DNA of 64,000 bases from Chloroflexota bacterium (GTDB lineage Bacteria > Chloroflexota > Dehalococcoidia > UBA2979). The position numbers and the translations under genes were made by a program. This document shows positions 61,404-64,000 of the stretch, in pieces. Numbering within the stretch: position 1 is the stretch's first letter; each line of letters opens with the position of its first letter. The DNA lies in the NCBI GenBank assembly GCA_027593235.1, contig JAQCIU010000002.1, positions 82,567 to 146,566 of the forward strand, written 5' to 3'. The notes below the pieces were generated by a model. The model saw only the letters and a list, made by a program, of their open reading frames with translations, was not told the DNA's origin and did not search any database.

Positions 61404-62164
61404 CAACGAGTGACATAACAAGAATCGCGATCGTGACCGGCGGCGGCTCTGGCGTTGGTCGCGCCGCGACGCTTGCGCTGCTGGAGGCGGGCTGGACGGT
61501 CGTGATCGGCGGCAGGCGTGCCGAGGCCCTCGATGAAACCGTGTACCAGGCGGGGACGGCCGGGTCCCGCGTCCGGGCAGTGGTGACGGACGTCAGCGAC
61601 CCGGCGGCGGTCGCGGCGCTGTTCGCGACGGCAAAGCGCGAGTTTGGACGCCTCGACCTGTTGTTCAACAACGCGGGGATGGGCGCGCCGGGGGTGCCGC
61701 TGGAGGACCTGACGGTCGATCAGTGGCGAGCGGTGGTGGACGTGAACCTCACCGGCTCGTTCCTCTGTACACAGGAGGCGTTCCGGCTGATGAAGGCGCA
61801 GGAGCCGATCGGCGGACGGATCATCAACAACGGGTCGATTTCGGCCGATCGGCCTCGGCCCAACTCGGCGCCCTATACCGCGACGAAGCACGCGATCACC
61901 GGGCTCACCAAGGCGACCTCGCTGGACGGGCGGAAGTACAACATCGCCTGTGGGCAGATCGATATCGGGAACGCGGCAACGGAGATGACCGCCCGGATGA
62001 GCGGCGGCGTGCCGCAGCCGAGCGGGGCGGTCGCCGTGGAGCCGACGATGGACGTGTCGGATGTCGGCGATGCGATCGTCTATATGGCGGGGCTGCCGCT
62101 GGGCGCGAACGTCCAGTTCATGACCGTGATGGCGACGAAGATGCCCTACATCGGGCGCGGGTAG
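61400..62164 (+). CDS. SDR family oxidoreductase
   Basis: [36 protein letters not shown] (YxxxK). The ATG overlaps the preceding stop. Confidence 0.85.
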   Translation: MTTSDITRIAIVTGGGSGVGRAATLALLEAGWTVVIGGRRAEALDETVYQAGTAGSRVRAVVTDVSDPAAVAALFATAKREFGRLDLLFNNAGMGAPGVPLEDLTVDQWRAVVDVNLTGSFLCTQEAFRLMKAQEPIGGRIINNGSISADRPRPNSAPYTATKHAITGLTKATSLDGRKYNIACGQIDIGNAATEMTARMSGGVPQPSGAVAVEPTMDVSDVGDAIVYMAGLPLGANVQFMTVMATKMPYIGRG

Positions 62165-62197
62165 TCGGTCGACCGGCGGGGAATCGAGGAGGCTCGG

Positions 62198-63193
62198 ATG
62201 GCGCGCCCACCGATGGCTGTCGCCCGCATCCTGGCTGCCGAGTACGGAGACGTGCTCGAGCCGGCGAACTACGTCCGAGGGGTCGCGCTGAGCGGCCATC
62301 TCCGGCTGTTCGCGCTCGCGCCGGATGGCGCCCACCCGGCCCCGGCGATTGCCGCGCTGGTTGCCCCATCGATCGAGGCCGCTGCGTTCGACCGCGTCAG
62401 CGCGGCGGACGGCGCGGTGCACTCCGCCTACGTCTGGGCCGACGAACTCAGCGAGGCGACGGGCGATCCACGGTACGGGCAGTTCCTCGGACGGCTTGCC
62501 GATCGGTACCTTGAGCGCCGCCCGGACGAGCTGCCCAAGCCGGTCGACCCCGATGCCCGAGTGGAGGACATCTTCTTCGCCGGTGCGTTGCTCGGACGCG
62601 CGTACCGAATGACCGCGCGACCGGCGTACGCGGACGCGTTGTTCGCCTTCCTCGCTCGTGTCGCTCCGCAGTCGGAGAGTGGCCTCTGGCTCCACTGCGG
62701 CGCGTCACCGTTTAGCTGGGGCCGTGGGAACGCCTTCGCCGCGCTCGGCATCGCCGAGGCGCTGAGCTACCTCCCGACCGATGACGCGCGCCGTGAGCCG
62801 ATCGAGGTGAAGCACCGCCGCCACCTCGATGCGCTGATAGCGCATCAGTCCGCGGCGGGCGCCTGGCGGCAGGTCATTGATCGCCCCGACTCGTACGAGG
62901 AGCTGACGGCGACGGCGATGATCGGATACGCCCTGGTGCGCGGGATGCAGCGGGGATGGCTGTCGCGCGACCTCGAACCAGTGGCCGCGAGGGCGTGGGC
63001 GGCGGTGGACGACCGCGTCGACGACGATGGGATGGTGCGCGATTCTTGCCCCGGCACGCCGCCCCTCCCGACGCTCGAGGACTACCTGACTCGGGAGCCG
63101 ATCGGCGGACACGACGACCGCGCGGGTTCGATGGCCCTCTGGTTCGCGGTCGAATACGCGGAGTTCCTGGTGGGCACCGCGCGCGACTCGTAG
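62198..63193 (+). CDS. GH88/GH105-like unsaturated glycuronyl/rhamnogalacturonyl hydrolase family protein
   Basis: RBS GAGGAGG. FSWGRGNAFAALG (WxRGN motif), ELTATAMIGYALVRGMQRGWL and the alpha/alpha-toroid-like repeat pattern. Confidence 0.6.
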   Translation: MARPPMAVARILAAEYGDVLEPANYVRGVALSGHLRLFALAPDGAHPAPAIAALVAPSIEAAAFDRVSAADGAVHSAYVWADELSEATGDPRYGQFLGRLADRYLERRPDELPKPVDPDARVEDIFFAGALLGRAYRMTARPAYADALFAFLARVAPQSESGLWLHCGASPFSWGRGNAFAALGIAEALSYLPTDDARREPIEVKHRRHLDALIAHQSAAGAWRQVIDRPDSYEELTATAMIGYALVRGMQRGWLSRDLEPVAARAWAAVDDRVDDDGMVRDSCPGTPPLPTLEDYLTREPIGGHDDRAGSMALWFAVEYAEFLVGTARDS

Positions 63194-63292
63194 TGCGCGA
63201 GGGCGGCGGTCAGTGCAGGCGCAGCGCCGGGGCCGGGCGCGCCCCCGTTCCCGTTGCGCGGCTGCCGAGGTTCGTCGAACCCTCGAGGTTGG

Positions 63293-63475
63293 CTAGCCGC
63301 GGCGGATGAGACGGCGGACCGCCGCGAGCACGCGTGCACCGCGGCTCTTGCCCGTCTCTGCGAGATCGACCGAACGCGCGCGGATCCGTTCGGTCGAGGT
63401 GGGCGTCGACTGGCGACGGCGCCAGAACGCGAGTACCCCGAGGAGTCCGAGTACTACACCTACGAACTTCTTCAT
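63293..63475 (-). CDS. Small hypothetical membrane-anchored protein (60 aa)
   Basis: From the internal ATG 63475: MKKFVGVVLGLLGVLAFWRRRQ..., a single N-terminal TM followed by a basic tail. No family recognised. Confidence 0.3.
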   Translation of the reverse strand: MKKFVGVVLGLLGVLAFWRRRQSTPTSTERIRARSVDLAETGKSRGARVLAAVRRLIRRG

Positions 63476-63750
63476 GCGGTCAGGCCTTTCTCGGAATCGA
63501 GTGATCCCAGCGATCTGAATGTAGCGAGCACGCTCGCTGATCGCCACGAACGACAGGAGCGCGGGGGTAACGCGGCGGCCCGACGGTCAGGAGAGAGCGA
63601 CCCCCGTAAGGCGGCGGCTCGCTATCGTGCTCGGGCGGTGGGATGCGGGACACCAGCCTCGGTTGGACGTAGACACGTGTTGAACGGCGACCGGATCTCC
63701 AGGCTCACCAGCGTCCGCGGCCTGCCGCGCCGCGCCCGGCTGGTGCCGCG

Positions 63751-64000
63751 ATGATCGGCCGCGAAAGCCTGCGTGCCTTCCTGGAGGCGCCGCCGGGCTC
63801 CAACGACACAGAGCGACATAACTTCCACTTCGCGTTCCGCGAATCGGCGTTGATTGGCGTGATCAACGCCGGCGGCGTGTTCCTACCGGTGTTCCTGGTG
63901 CGCTTGGGCGCCTCCAACCTGGAGGTCAGTTTGCTCACCGCGCTGCCGGCGCTAGCGGGGGTGATGCTGGCGATCCCGATCGGCGCGTTCATGCAGAGCC
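63751..64000 (+). CDS. Probable MFS-type transporter, truncated by the window end
   Basis: Own translation from ATG 63751: MIGRESLRAFLEAPPGSNDTERHNFHFAFRESALIGVINAGGVFLPVFLVRLGASNLEVSLLTALPALAGVMLAIPIGAFMQS. Hydrophobic helices, open to the window edge. Confidence 0.4.
   Translation, partial: MIGRESLRAFLEAPPGSNDTERHNFHFAFRESALIGVINAGGVFLPVFLVRLGASNLEVSLLTALPALAGVMLAIPIGAFMQS

Noticed and set aside
1-64000. Search for CRISPR arrays, tRNA/rRNA genes, transposases, integrases, and prophage or defence-island hallmarks (nucleases, STAND/AAA ATPases, RT, TA pairs).
   Set aside because: I found no regularly spaced direct repeats, no tRNA-like T-arm/acceptor patterns, and no ORF with recombinase, transposase or typical defence-protein motifs by eye. 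A tRNAscan/Infernal/PADLOC-type run would be needed to be certain.

Overview
High-G+C, gene-dense chromosomal window with about 60 supportable genes on both strands, short intergenic gaps and GGAGG-type ribosome-binding sites. Many long antisense or out-of-frame ORFs in the track are the usual high-GC artefacts. I recognise no rRNA, tRNA, CRISPR array, transposase, integrase or phage structural gene. The gene families (F420/DUF385 oxidoreductase, DosS/DosR-like pair, ImuB-DnaE2, Cheo-type LexA box, Tat-type lipoprotein SBP) fit a high-GC lineage such as Actinomycetota or Thermomicrobia-like Chloroflexota, but taxonomy cannot be assigned from this sequence alone. Content: DNA repair and mutagenesis (xthA; LexA box-imuB-small ORF-dnaE2). 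A large acyl-CoA toolkit (four crotonases, two double-module family III CoA-transferases, one family I A/B CoA-transferase, SDRs, an LLM monooxygenase, an epimerase-like VOC protein). A c-di-GMP module (PAS-degenerate GGDEF-EAL plus BcsA-like GT2-PilZ). A peptide-type ABC importer with no ATPase genes. An ArsR/SRPBCC locus, a DosS/DosR-like sensor pair, envelope genes (MurJ-like flippase, GT2, frameshifted GMC oxidoreductase) and glycoside hydrolases (GH172-like, GH88/105-like). Best candidates for something undescribed: (i) a translationally coupled DUF2235/Tle1-like lipase plus a signal-less M23-like/2xLysM protein, with no T6SS or phage context; (ii) an imuA-less mutasome cassette in which the ImuB C-terminal module is a separate ORF; (iii) two paralogous double-module CoA-transferases, one with a probably dead second module. 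All domain calls are by-eye motif recognition and none has been verified by a database search.
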